Origin: Macrostomum hystrix
Lineage: Eukaryota; Animalia; Platyhelminthes
Assembly (NCBI GenBank): GCA_950097015.1
Contig: CATNEN010000002.1
Span: 1,364,001-1,428,000, forward strand
Reading direction: 5' to 3'
Length of the DNA: 64,000 bases
Position numbers and translations under genes: made by a program. Below, in pieces: positions 44,901 to 56,600 of the stretch (positions within the stretch are counted from its first letter, which is position 1; every line of letters starts with the position of its first letter). The notes beneath the pieces are model-generated. The model saw only the letters and a program-made list of their open reading frames with translations. It ran no database searches and was not told the DNA's origin.

Positions 44901-47900
44901 TAGGCTTTTTCGTCTACACAAATCATCTCTCGGCTCAGCACTCCTTACAGTGGCGTCGCAAGCCGCCTACCGCGCGGTAAAAAAAATGATAGCCAACTTT
45001 CTCTCACTGCCCCCGCCTGAGCCATTCGCAATATCAGCAGACCCACACAAAGCGGGCAAGCGCTGGAGTCAATGGGCGTCTCGTTTCGAAGACTTCATTG
45101 ATGCATCAGGCATCACCAACGAGAAGCAAAGATGCAAGCTACTGAGCTACACAGCTGGCAAGGAAATCGCCGACATCATCCGTGAAAACGCCGACCTGAC
45201 AGCGAAAGCACAGGCCGGCGAACTCACCCTCTCGCATACGCTTGACGCTCTAAAGTTTCACTTTAATGCTCGAAAAAACGTAGTCTTCGCTAGATACCTA
45301 GATACCTAGATACCAGTTCCGCCTCTGCACACAGGCAGCTGGAGAATCTATTGACACATGGTACGCCAGATTGCGCACAGCTGCAGAGCCGTGTGAGTTC
45401 GAGAATCTCAAAGACTCCCTCATCAGGGACCATCTTGTGGCAACTTGCTCATCCGACAAGCTGCGCAGGCGGCTGCTCCAGGAAGCGAACATCAGCCTTG
45501 ACGAGGCGCTATGGAAGGCTAGGGCGTTTGAGGCAGCCGATGAACAGGCCACCGAGATGGAGAAGTCGGAGACGCATGTGGCGAGCGTTGCCCACAGCGA
45601 TAAGGTGAAACCTGACAGAAGAGGCGCGACTCTGACGAGCAGCAGGTCCGGCGATCAGAAGCAGCTCACGTGTTACCGCTGCAGCGAGAAAGGCCACGCC
45701 ACCTGTGACGCAGCCAAAGGTAAAATCTGCCGCAACTGCGGCAAACCCAACCATCTCGCTTTGGCCTGCCGCCAGCCTTGACAGATGCACTACAACCGGA
45801 CCCAGCAGCAGAGAATCAGCACTAATGCAGTCTTCAGTTCTGCTGACGGCTCCACGGAGGAAGATGTGTTTGCTCTGTACGACGGCGGCGACTACCCAGC
45901 CGACGTCTCGCTGTCCGTACAGGTGGCAAATCAACAACTGCCCATGATGGTCGATAGCGGAGCCAGCTGTAGTATCATGAGTCTCAAAACCTTCAGGACT
46001 CTTAATCTACCGGACCTTCGTCCCACAAGAACAGAAGTCCGCGCCTACGAGGTACCGACACCTCTAAAGATTGCAGGGGTCGCCGAACTCCACATCAAAG
46101 TTGGAGCAGCCAAGACTACCGCGACATTTCACATCATGGACGGCGACGGCCTGACAATTCTGGGACGCCAGCCTGCATTCAAACTTGGAGTGCTGAAGAT
46201 CCAGAGGCCACAGATCTCCGACGCGCAGGAAATTAGCGCAGTCTCTGACACGCCGTCATCGCAGTCAAACGATCCTCAACTCGACGCAATTCTTCACCGG
46301 CACAAAAGGGCATTCAACGGCATCGGCTGCATCAAGGGCGTAGAGGTCAAAGTCCAGCTATCCGAAAATGCCATTCCGGTATGCCAGGCGCCTTCCCGGG
46401 TAGCTGCTCACCTCAAAGAAGCCGTAGTTAACGAACTCCGGGCACTAGAGAAGCAGGACATTATTGAGGCCGTCAAAGGACCAAGCGCCTGGGTATCCCG
46501 TATGGTAGTAGTGCCCAAGACCGATGGGGGCGTCAGAATCTGCCAGGATCTCCGCGACCTCAACGCTATCGTTATACCGGAGAAACAACAGATCACCACG
46601 CTAGAAGAGATCACGGAGGAGATGGCCAACGCTAAAATTTTCAGTGAACTAGACATCCGCAAGGCGTTCTACCAGATTCCAGTTCACGAAGACAGCCGCC
46701 ATTACTTCACCTTTAGCACGCCTCTCGGACTAATGCGACTTAAAAGACTTAGCATGGGGTTCACGAATGCCTCGGAGATTTTGCAACGGATCATGCTGGG
46801 CATCCTCAGCGATATTGAAGGCGTCCGGTGGGCGCACGATGACGTGGTGATCTACGCATCTGATTTAAAGCAACACCATAAGAGACTGGACGCGTGCCTT
46901 CAGCGCCTGCGTGAGTACGGCATCACCCTCAACAGGGACAAGTGCAGGTTCTCCCGACCGTCATTCGAGTTTCTCGGCATGCGCCTGACTGCTCGGTGCA
47001 TGGAGCCAGCTGCTGAGAAAATTGAGGCCATGCAGAGCTTTCGGCAACCTGCAAACGTTTCCGACGTCCGCTCATTCCTCGGCACCGCGAACTTCTTGTC
47101 AAAATTCGTCCCAAACTTCGCTCACTTCGCCGGGCCCCTCCGTCAATTGACAAAGAAGGGCCAGGTCTGGGAGTGGACGGATAAGCACACTGCGGCATTC
47201 GAAAGCATTAAAAAAGCAATAGGCGCCGCGGAAACGCTCGCCTTCTTCGACCGCAGGCGGCAAACCGAGCTCATAGTAGACGCCTCCCCGGTCGGCCTGG
47301 GCGCCATCCTCACGCAGAGGCAGCCGGACGGCAGCAGCAGACCCGTGGCTTACGCCAGCAGAGCCCTTTCAGCAGTGGAACAGCGGTACGCGCAGATAGA
47401 GCGAGAAGCTCTGGCCATCAAATTCGGGTGCTTGAAGTTTGAACACTACCTACCCGGAGACCCAGGCTTCACTGTAGTAAGAGACCACCGACCACTCGTG
47501 CCGCTGTTCAAGCCTGGCTTTCGTCCACCGCCACGAATCGAACGGATGGCATTGCGCATCCAGCAACTTCGCTTCGATCTGATTTACCGACCCGGGCCGA
47601 CCAATCCAGCCGACCTGCTAAGCCGGCAGCCACTGCCAGAACCAAGGAGGAACGTTGGTGAAGAACTTGACACCGCCTTCATCAACGCCGTGTCGGCCGG
47701 AGCTGTGCCAAAGGGCTTCAGCCCCGCTCAAGTGCGGGAAGCGTCGCGCACCGAAAGCGGCATCCAGGCGGCGCTAAGCGCCATCCGAACCGGTTAATGG
47801 AATATCCGCGACCCGGCCCAGCGCTCCTGCAAGACCGTCAGCAACGAGCTCTCAGAGAGTGATGGCGTCCTGCTAAGGGGCGACCTCATCGTCATCCCGA

Positions 47901-49710
47901 AGACACTGCGCAGGCCTGTCCTCCAACTAGCGCACACCGGCCATCTAGGCGCTGACCGAACCCTGAAGCGGCTGCAAACGAAAGTCTGGTGGCCTCGCAT
48001 GCGCAGCGACTGCGAGAGCTTTGTTCAGTGCTGCACGCTCTGCCAGGCCGCCTCCACTGGAGCATGTCAACGCAGATCCCAGACGGTGCCTGGCTCACTC
48101 TAGGCATGGACTTCTACGGACCAGTACAGGGCCAGATGCTGCTAGTCATCACAGACCTCTACTCAAAATATCCAGAAGTCAGCTTCCTGAACTCATCGAC
48201 AGCGGAGAGCGTGTGCCCGCCATTCAATTCAGCTGCTTTCCGCAGCTTCCTCACCACCTATGGCATTCGAAATCGCCTTATCTGCCCGCTCCACCCTGAA
48301 TCCAATGGAGCGACAGAGCGAGTCAACCGGAGCATCGGAAAAGTCATCCAGACGGCTGTGGCCGAAGGGCGTAAGTGGAAGGAGGCCATCGAGGACTGGC
48401 TGCTGGCTTTCCGCACAACACCGCACCGAGCAACCGGCCGCGCACCCGCTGAACTCCTCATGGGCAGGAAGATGAACGATGGCATCCCGACCACTAAGCC
48501 GTCTCAGCCGGTCGAGATGAATCAGGAAGAAGTTCAAGACTGGCACCGGAATTACGTGCAAGATATGAAATCAAGATTCGATGACCGCAAGGCTGCCCAG
48601 GAGCACGGCATCATTGACGGCAGCAAAGTTCTACGAAAGCAGCAACCGCGCAACAAGCTTCAACTGCCTTTTGAGCCTTCTCCGTGGACTGTCAAGCTGG
48701 TCCAGGGAGACACGTGCGTCCTTCAACGCGGCGAACAATCGTGCATGCGACACGTCACTCAACTGCGGCCCCTGATAGAGTCCGCCGGTCAGTCCGCCGG
48801 TCAGTCCGCCGGCCAGTCCGCCGGCCAGTCCGCCGGCCACTTTGCTGGTCAGTCCGCCGGCCAGTCTGCCAGCCAGCCAACCGCTAACCCTAGCGATTGT
48901 GTCGCCACACGACAGCATCCCAGGGCTGCGCGTAGCAAAATGCTTAGCTACAAACAATAACTCATTTTGCGTGCGGCCGTATTTTTTCAAATGAGTTGCT
49001 ATGTAAGATTGTGAGACTGACACCATGTCAGATTGAGACTGACACCATGAGATTGAGACTGACACCATATGAGATTGAGACTGACACCATGTCAGATTGA
49101 GACTGACACCATGTCAGATTGAGACTGACACCATAAGATTGAGACTGACACCATTTCAGATTGAGACTGACACCATGTCAGATTGAGTCTGACACCATGT
49201 CAGATTGAGACTGACACCATGAGATTGAGACTGACACCATGTCAGATTGAGACTGACACAGTGTGAGATGTTAAGCTAGAACGAGCTTGTGTTCATGTCG
49301 TATTCTTTTTATACATTTTGAGACTGATCGACAGTGTGAGATCGGATGTAAGAATAGATTGTGTGAGAGACTGAGAGAGGGAATAAATTTAGTTGGAATG
49401 CTTCGAAGCGTTTTCGCTTCATTTCTAAATTCTTACCCTCTTTAGCAAAGAAGATCTTTTGGCCGACATTGTTGAGCACTACATACTTGTTGGCAGTCTC
49501 CCATCCTATGAGAACTATAAATCGGAGGGGATGTTAGTACGGGACACTGTTCCAGTATGGCCGGAATGATAGGCTACTAAAACACTATGCAAATTGAGTT
49601 CGTTTCAACTCACTTTCCAGCACCTCCTTCTGCTGCTTGATTAGTATCTGATCCAGTGAGGCCAAGTACTGCAAACTCGGCGGCAGCTGCAGCTGCTGCA
49701 TCTGAAGATG

Positions 49711-49758
<48 letters not shown>

Positions 49759-49800
49759 AGCATTATAGGCGTAAGCATTTGGAACAGCTTCTCGTTGCAT
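41993..49800 (-). CDS. PLSCR: Phospholipid scramblase copy A (exons 49614-49800, 49437-49514, 43852-44177, 43253-43414, 41993-42031; ~263 aa)
   Basis: LQYLASLDQILIKQQKEVLE, GWETANKYVVLNNVGQKIFFAKE, Cys-rich RPYKC...CC, VTVEAPPG, IGRVSKKWS, FTDADNFGITFPMDL, KATVIGACFLIDFMYFE. Poly-Q N-terminus; all splice phases fit. Confidence 0.94.
42140..43060. repeat. 37-bp minisatellite in scramblase A intron 4
   Basis: Unit GGAAATCCCTAAAAATGAATCATCAGGACAATCTTTA. Confidence 0.93.
43555..43835. repeat. ~27-bp G-rich minisatellite in scramblase A intron 3
   Basis: Unit GGGATCTCGGTTGGGGATCAGATGGGT. Confidence 0.88.
44200..44665. repeat. 16/32-bp GAGACTGA-core minisatellite left of the Mag-like element
   Basis: GAGACTGAGTCAAGCT and GAGATTGAGTCAAGGT alternate. 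Confidence 0.92.
44768..49007 (+). mobile_element. Decayed Mag-like Ty3/Gypsy element, copy A, in scramblase intron 2 (antisense to the gene)
   Basis: gag (GKRWSQWASRF..., two zinc knuckles), protease DSGA, RT ELDIRKAFYQ and AHDD, RNase H DASPVGLGA, integrase remnants. Lesions: a 16-nt insertion at 45290-45313, stops at 45779 and 47795, a frameshift near 48060, and loss of the SDNG segment. No paired LTRs are visible. Clade assignment is from remembered gag/pol style. Confidence 0.9.
49010..49262. repeat. 20/22-bp minisatellite right of the Mag-like element
   Basis: GAGACTGACACCATGTCAGATT and GAGACTGACACCATGAGATT. Confidence 0.92.
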
Positions 49801-50117
49801 GATGCTTGTCTACTGTTGTATATTGTGAAAAGTTATCTAATTTTGAGCTACAAAAATAAGTCGGACTCTCAAAAGGTGCAGACTTCGAATGTGTCTCAGA
49901 GACTCGAATTTGTGTGCTCAATGCTGTACAAAAGGCGTAAGGAAATGTTTGCTTATGAGCTCTGCTCGAAAACTATCGCACGCGGCACAACGGAATTGCT
50001 TGACAAACTTCCATATCGTCTGTTTCTTAGTACTTTAGGGTAGAATTTTATGTTCTACTGAGGCACCATCGATCTTATTGTCTATGGAAAATCTTCTCTC
50101 TGGCTTTTCAGATAAGG

Positions 50118-50290
50118 CAGAATCTTAGCAAATCTTTGGCGAGGATGCACCTTCGAAACAAACTGTGTCAAAGTGGTTGCGGCGCTTTGAGGACGGCTGG
50201 GAGACAGTTGATGATGCTCCCCGCCCAGGTGCACCGCGGTCATCCACTTCCAGTGATCGACAACATCCAGCGTGTGCAGTTACGCTCTGG
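50118..50290 (+). mobile_element. mariner transposase N-terminal (HTH) fragment
   Basis: Frame from 50132 reads IFGEDAPSKQTVSKWLRRFEDGWETVDDAPRPGAP, the typical mariner pattern YG...S..TV..W..RF..G...L.D.PR.GRP. Confidence 0.8.
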
Positions 50291-50306
50291 ACATCACTTG
50301 AGTCCT

Positions 50307-50450
50307 CGCAATAGAAGCCTGGGTCTGCCAGCCTAGTCGATGGTCCGATCAAATGGCGATTAGCGGCGGCGATGACTGCCTTTTGAAGCTGTGGGATCGG
50401 CGGAGGCAACATGCCAGCCACTCTCTAAGGTGAGCTTTTGCCGAGCCAGT
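50307..50450 (+). pseudogene. DPH7: Displaced 3' half of DPH7 exon 3 with its donor (junction J1)
   Basis: Near-identical to 40391-40532. Confidence 0.93.
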
Positions 50451-50454
50451 AAAT

Positions 50455-52586
50455 CCCTTATAAATCCCTGAATCTTCAACTGTAATCCCTGAATCTTCAA
50501 CTGTAATCCCTGAATCTTCAACTGTAATGCCTGAATCTTCAACTGTAATCCCTGAATCTTCAACTGTAATCCCTGAATCTTCAACTGTAATCCTTGAATA
50601 TTCAACTGTAATCCCTGAATATTCAACTGTAATTCCTGAATCTTCAACTGTAATGCCTGAATCTTCAACTGTAATCCCTGAATCTTCAACTGTAATCCCT
50701 GAATCTTCAACTGTAATGCCTGAATCTTCAACTGTAATCCCTGAATCTTCAACTGTAATCCCTGAATCTTCAACTGTAATCCCTGAATCTTCCAGTGTAA
50801 ATCCCTGAATCTTCAACTGTAATCCCTGAATCTTCAACTGTAATGCCTGAATCTTCAACTGTAATCCCTGAATCTTCAACTGTAATCCCTGAATCTTCAA
50901 CTGTAATCCCTGAATCTTCAACTGTAATGCCTGAATCTTCAACTGTAATGCCTGAATATTCAACTGTAATGCCTGAATCTTCAACTGTAATCCCTGAATC
51001 TTCAACTGTAATCCCTGAATCTTCAACTGTAATCCCTGAATCTTCAACTGTAATCCCTGAATCTTCAACTGTAATCCCTGAATCTTCAACTGTAATCCCT
51101 GAATCTTCAACTGTAATCCCTGAATCTTCAACTGTAATCCCTGAATCTTCAACTGTAATCCCTGAATCTTCAACTGTAATCCCTGAATCTTCAACTGTAA
51201 TGCCTGAATCTTCAACTGTAATCCCTGAATCTTCAACTGTAATCCCTGAATCTTCAACTGTAATCCCTGAATCTTCAACTGTAATCCCTGAATCTTCAAC
51301 TGTAATCCCTGAATCTTCAACTGTAATGCCTGAATCTTCAACTGTAATCCCTGAATCTTCAACTGTAATCCCTGAATCTTCAACTGTAATCCCTGAATCT
51401 TCAACTGTAATGCCTGAATCTTCAACTGTAATCCCTGAATCTTCAACTGTAATCCCTGAATCTTCAACTGTAATTCCTGAATCTCCAACTGCAATCCCTG
51501 AATCTTCAACTGTAATCCCTGAATCTTCAACTGTAATCCCTGAATCTTCAACTGCAATCCCTGAATCTTCATTGTGAGCCCTGAATCTTCAGTGTTATTC
51601 TTGAATCTGTTGATCCCTGAATCTTCAGTGTGATCCCTGAATCTTCAGTGTGAGCCCTGAATCTTCAGTGTGAGCCCTGAATCTTCAACTGCAATCCCTG
51701 AATCTTCAGTGTGAGCCCTGAATCTTCAGTGTGAGCCCTGAATCTTCAACTGCAATCCCTGAATCTTCATTGTGAGCCCTGAATCTTCAGTGTTATTCTT
51801 GAATCTGTTGATCCCTGAATCTTCAGTGTGAGCCCTGAATCTTCAGTGTGAGCCCTGAATCTTCAGTGTTATTCTTGAATCTGTTGATCCCTGAATCTTC
51901 AGTGTGAGCCCTGAATCTTCAGTGTGAGCCCTGAATCTTCAGTGTTATTCTTGAATCTGTTGATCCCTGAATCTTCAGTGTGAGCCCTGAATCTTCAGTG
52001 TGAGCCCTGAATCTTCAGTGTTATTCTTGAATCTGTTGATCCCTGAATCTTCAGTGTGAGCCCTGAATCTTCAGTGTTATTCTTGAATCTGTTGATCCCT
52101 GAATCTTCAGTGTGAGCCCTGAATCTTCAGTGTGAGCCCTGAATCTTCAGTGTGAGCCCTGAATCTTCAGTGTGAGCCCTGAATCTTCAGTGTGAGCCCT
52201 GAATCTTCAGTGTGAGCCCTGAATCTTCAGTGTGAGCCCTGAATCTTCAGTGTTATTCTTGAATCTGTTGATCCCTGAATCTTCAGTGTTAGCCCTGAAT
52301 CTTCCAGTGTGATCCCTGAATCTTCCGTGTGAGCCCTGAATCTTCAGTGTGAGCCCTGAATCTTCAGTGTGAGCCCTGAATCTTCAACTGTAATCCCTGA
52401 ATCTTAAGTGTTATTCTTGAATCTGTTTATCCCCGAATCTTTTGATCCCTGAATCTTCAGTGTGAGCCCTGAATCTTCAGTGTGAGCCCTGAATCTTCAG
52501 TGTGAGCCCTGAATCTTCAGTGTGAGCCCTGAATCTTCAGTGTGAGCCCTGAATCTTCAGTGTGAGCCCTGAATCTTCAGTGTGAC
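50455..52586. repeat. Expanded 21/20-bp minisatellite (same family as 39750-40226)
   Basis: About 2.1 kb versus ~0.5 kb in the original intron; new higher-order units contain TTATTCTTGAATCTGTTGATC. Confidence 0.96.
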
Positions 52587-52635
52587 AGTCTTCTAAATAA
52601 CTAATATCCTTGCCTTCTACGTTTACCTATGGCAG

Positions 52636-53043
52636 ACTGGCTGCAAGCTACTCCAACGGTATGTGCGCTCTGATCGACTCAGCTGTGTTGCAGAAGATGA
52701 AGAAGAAGAATTTGCATAAGTTCTTAAGCGGTAGATTCTGGTGCGCACACGCAATAGAAGCCTGGGTCTGCCAGCCTAGTCGATGGTCCGATCAAATGTC
52801 GCTTAGCGGCGGAGATGACTGCCTTTTGAAGCTGTGGGATCGGCGGAGGCAACATGCCAGCCACTCTCTAAGGTGAGCTTTTGCCGAGCCAGTCACGTGA
52901 CTCGAATACAGCGTTAATGAGCTGTTTACAATGTGCCTGTGTTTTTTTCATAACTAACTATTCTAAAACTATTCCAGGCACGACGCGGGTGTTACCATAG
53001 TTACTGAACATCCTAAAATGTGTAATATATTTCTGTCCGGAAG
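52636..53043 (+). pseudogene. DPH7: DPH7 duplicate fragment (exons 3 and 4 only)
   Basis: Copies of exons 3-4. At 53126/53127 the sequence jumps from the equivalent of 40767 to 41452, deleting exons 5-6. Exons 1-2 are absent. Confidence 0.93.
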
Positions 53044-53694
53044 GTAAATTAAAATATCTACCTGACCAGCCCTAACCTACCCAATCTACCCTAACTTACC
53101 CTATCCAACAGAACCTACCCAATTTATGTAGCTACTTTTACATAAAAAGTAGATCGAGTAGTGTTGAGATAAGATTGGGTAGCTGGTCTCCTTCTTGATT
53201 TTCAGTACCTTCCCAAGAAAATGTTTTCTTCTAGCCAGGGTGAGATTTAGCATTCGTAACTTGTATTTGATCTTTAAAGTATAACAAAACTAACATAAAA
53301 ACACTTTTAGTTAACAATTCTGGTCTCACTGAATATGACAATATGTTTTGTAAAACAGCTTTTCATTTCGCAGTATTTGTTTTTTACTAGTAATAAAAAA
53401 TAAAAATTGAAATAAACTTAGCTGACAATCTACTTATGAATTGGCGAAATAAGTAGTATCGAGAGAAATTGCTTATAAAAATATATCTCTCTGTTAGCGT
53501 TTTTATTATACATGAATAATAAATTCTGAAATTCTTGAATATCAGTTTGTACAAAAAATATTTTCGTGACAACTTGGCAAATAGTTCTTTATTAGATTCA
53601 GTGACATGCTGTCAGTCTAAAGAAAAATATTCATTAGCGATCAGTAAGTCTTGCTCATCTGCTCATGAACATGTACTAAATCAAACATGCCTCA

Positions 53695-56600
53695 CTAGTT
53701 CTCCCGTCTTGACCTCTCGAAGTACATGAAATCCTGCGTGAGGATTGAAAAAAAAGACAAACGTACTTTTAGAATAAAATATTTAAGCTTTAGCTGTATT
53801 CCAAAGGGCTAGGAAATCTCATCACATTAGCCTTCGAGATAATCGTTGGGAAATCCCTAAAAATGAATCATCTCAATAGTCTTTGGGAAATCCCTAAAAA
53901 TGTATCGTCAGGATAATCTTTAGGAAATCCCTAAAAATGAATCATAGGGATAATCTTTGGAAAATCCCTAAAAATAAATAATCAGGACAATCTTTAGGAA
54001 ATCACTAAAAGTGAATCATCAGGACAATCTTTAGGAAATCGCTAAAAATGAATCATCACGACAATCTTTAGGAAATCACTAAAAGTGAATCATCAGGACA
54101 GTCTTTAGGAAATCCCTAAAAATGAATCATCAGGATAATCTTTAGGAAATCCCTAAAATGTATCATCAGGACAATCATTAGGAAATCCCTAAAAATGTAT
54201 CATCAGGACAATCTTTAGGAAATCTCTAAAAATAAATCATCAGGATAATATTTAGGAAATGCCTAAAAATGAATCATCGGGATAATCTTTAAGAAATCCC
54301 TGCGAATGTAACGTCAGGATAATCCTTGGAAAATCCCTAAAAGTGAATCATCAGGATAATATTTGGGAAATCCTCAAAAATTAATCATCTGGATAATTTT
54401 AAGGAAATCCCTTACCATGGGAAAATTGTGTGAAAAATCAATAAAAATTGCCATCAGGAAAATGTTGGGGAATTCCCATTGCTCTTTCAAACAGGGATTG
54501 ACTTTCGGAGCTCCGGTCGCTTTATCCAACGTGGATATTCTCAAATAATTCCCATTTCTCTAGCAGAGCAATCAGTTTCATGGTGCGAGCGTACTTATAG
54601 TAAAAATGCATTTTAACTCACAATCAGGAAGCAGGCTCCAATGACGGTTGCCTTGATGTCCACGTGCAGATCCATCGGAAATGTGATGCCGAAATTGTCA
54701 GCGTCCGTGAAATACTCCTGCAAGAGGTTGGACCACTTCTTGGACACCCGACCAATCTCGTGGTCTCCGTCCTTCGTGAACAGCTGCAGTGAGCGATTCG
54801 AGTTGAGTGAGGATTACACTGTATTCTATTATGATTCAGGCAGCTGGACGTCGAGGATTATTGTAAATTGGGGTCAAAAAGTACGTGCGATATCTGATTT
54901 AGCTATAAGATATCATCTCGATCAGATAGTTGGGATCTTATTGGGGATCAGATGGGTGTTATTTCGGATGGGGATTAGATTTGTAGGATCTCGGATGGGA
55001 TTTAGTTGACTGGGATCTCGGTTGGGGATCAGATGGGTCGGATTTTATTGGGGATCAGATGGGTGTTATTTCGCATGGGGATTAGATGGGTGGGATCTCG
55101 GATGGGATTTAGTTGACTGGGATCTCAGATGGGGATCCGATGGGTGGGATCTCGGTTGGGGATCAGATGGGTGGGATCTCGGTAGGGGATCAGATGGGTG
55201 GGACCTTATTGGGGATCAGATGAGTGGGATCTCGGATGGGATTTAGTTGACGGGGATCTCAGATGGGGATCAGATGGGTGGGATCCTGTTTGGGGTTCCG
55301 ATGGGTGGGATCTCGGATGGGATTTAGTTGACTGGGATCTCAGATGGGGATCCGATGGGTGGGATCTCGGTTGGGGATCAGATGGGTGGGATCTGGGTTG
55401 GGGATCAGATGGGTGGGATCTCAGATGGGGATCAGATGGGTGAGATCTCATCTCAGATGCCTCACCACAAACGGGATGTCGTCTCCAGGGCAGTAGCAGC
55501 GGCAGTAGCACGGACCCCTTATGAGCAGAACAGTGTTGCCCTGGCTATCCTTAATTAAGTATTTAGCCGAGCAGCCGTCGTACACCTGCTTCACCTGACC
55601 GACCACTCGACCTGGCGGAGCCTCCACCGTGACCTTGTCCAGGCAGCACTTTGAGCAGGAGAAGCACTGGCCGTAGCACATGCACTTGTAGGGCCGGCTG
55701 ATGTGGATGACCTCTCGGTTTGTGTTGTCCAACAACGACATCTCGAATTTCCGCTGGGCGCCGCAACACTGACGCTGGAATGTACTGGAGTCTGCGATGT
55801 GGGGGAGTGAGGATGAGACAGGGTGAGACTGAGACTTGGTGAGATTAACACACGGTGAAACTGAGACTGGGTGAGATTGACACAGGGTGAGACTGAGACA
55901 GGGTGAGACTGAGACTGGGTGGAATTGACACAGGGTGAGACTGTGAGACTGAGTCAAGGTGAGATTGAGTCAAGGTGAGACTGAGTCAAGCTGAGATTGA
56001 GTCAAGGTGAGACTGAGTCAAGCTGAGATTGAGTCAAGGTGAGACTGAGTCAAGCTGCGACTGAGTCAAGGTGAGACTGAGTCAAGCTGAGATTGAGTCA
56101 GGGTGAGACTGAGTCAAGCTGAGATTGAGTCAAGGTGAGACTGAGTCAAGCTGAGATTGAGTCAAGGTGAGACTGAGTCAAGCTGCGACTGAGTCAAGCT
56201 GAGATTGAGTCAAGGTGAGACTGAGTCAAGCTGAGATTGAGTCAAGGTGAGACTGAGACGGGGTGATACTGAGACGGTGCGATACAAACGGGGAGAGACG
56301 CAGTTAAGGTGGGACTGACACCATTTAGGCGCCAAGTGGGCGCGCGATCATTTAGTCGTGTTAGCTGTAGGCCCTGAGTTATATCGTAGTGTGCGTGGAG
56401 TTGCGAGCGATTAATGTACATCTGCACCCATCGGCCGCACGTTGCATGTTCATCACCAAATATCAAATATAATCGATTGCTCAGAGCCTACTTCGCTTTA
56501 GGCTTTTTCGTCTACACAAATCATCTCTCGGCTCAGCACTCCTTACAGTGGCGTCGCAAGCCGCCTACCGCGCGGTAAAAAAAATGATAGCCAACTTTCT

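Noticed and set aside
50349-51577. Long KIQGLQL / PESSTVI repeat ORFs (also 39706-40119 and 62356-63626)
   Set aside because: Stop-free frames of a 21-bp minisatellite that is intronic in the original DPH7 copy.
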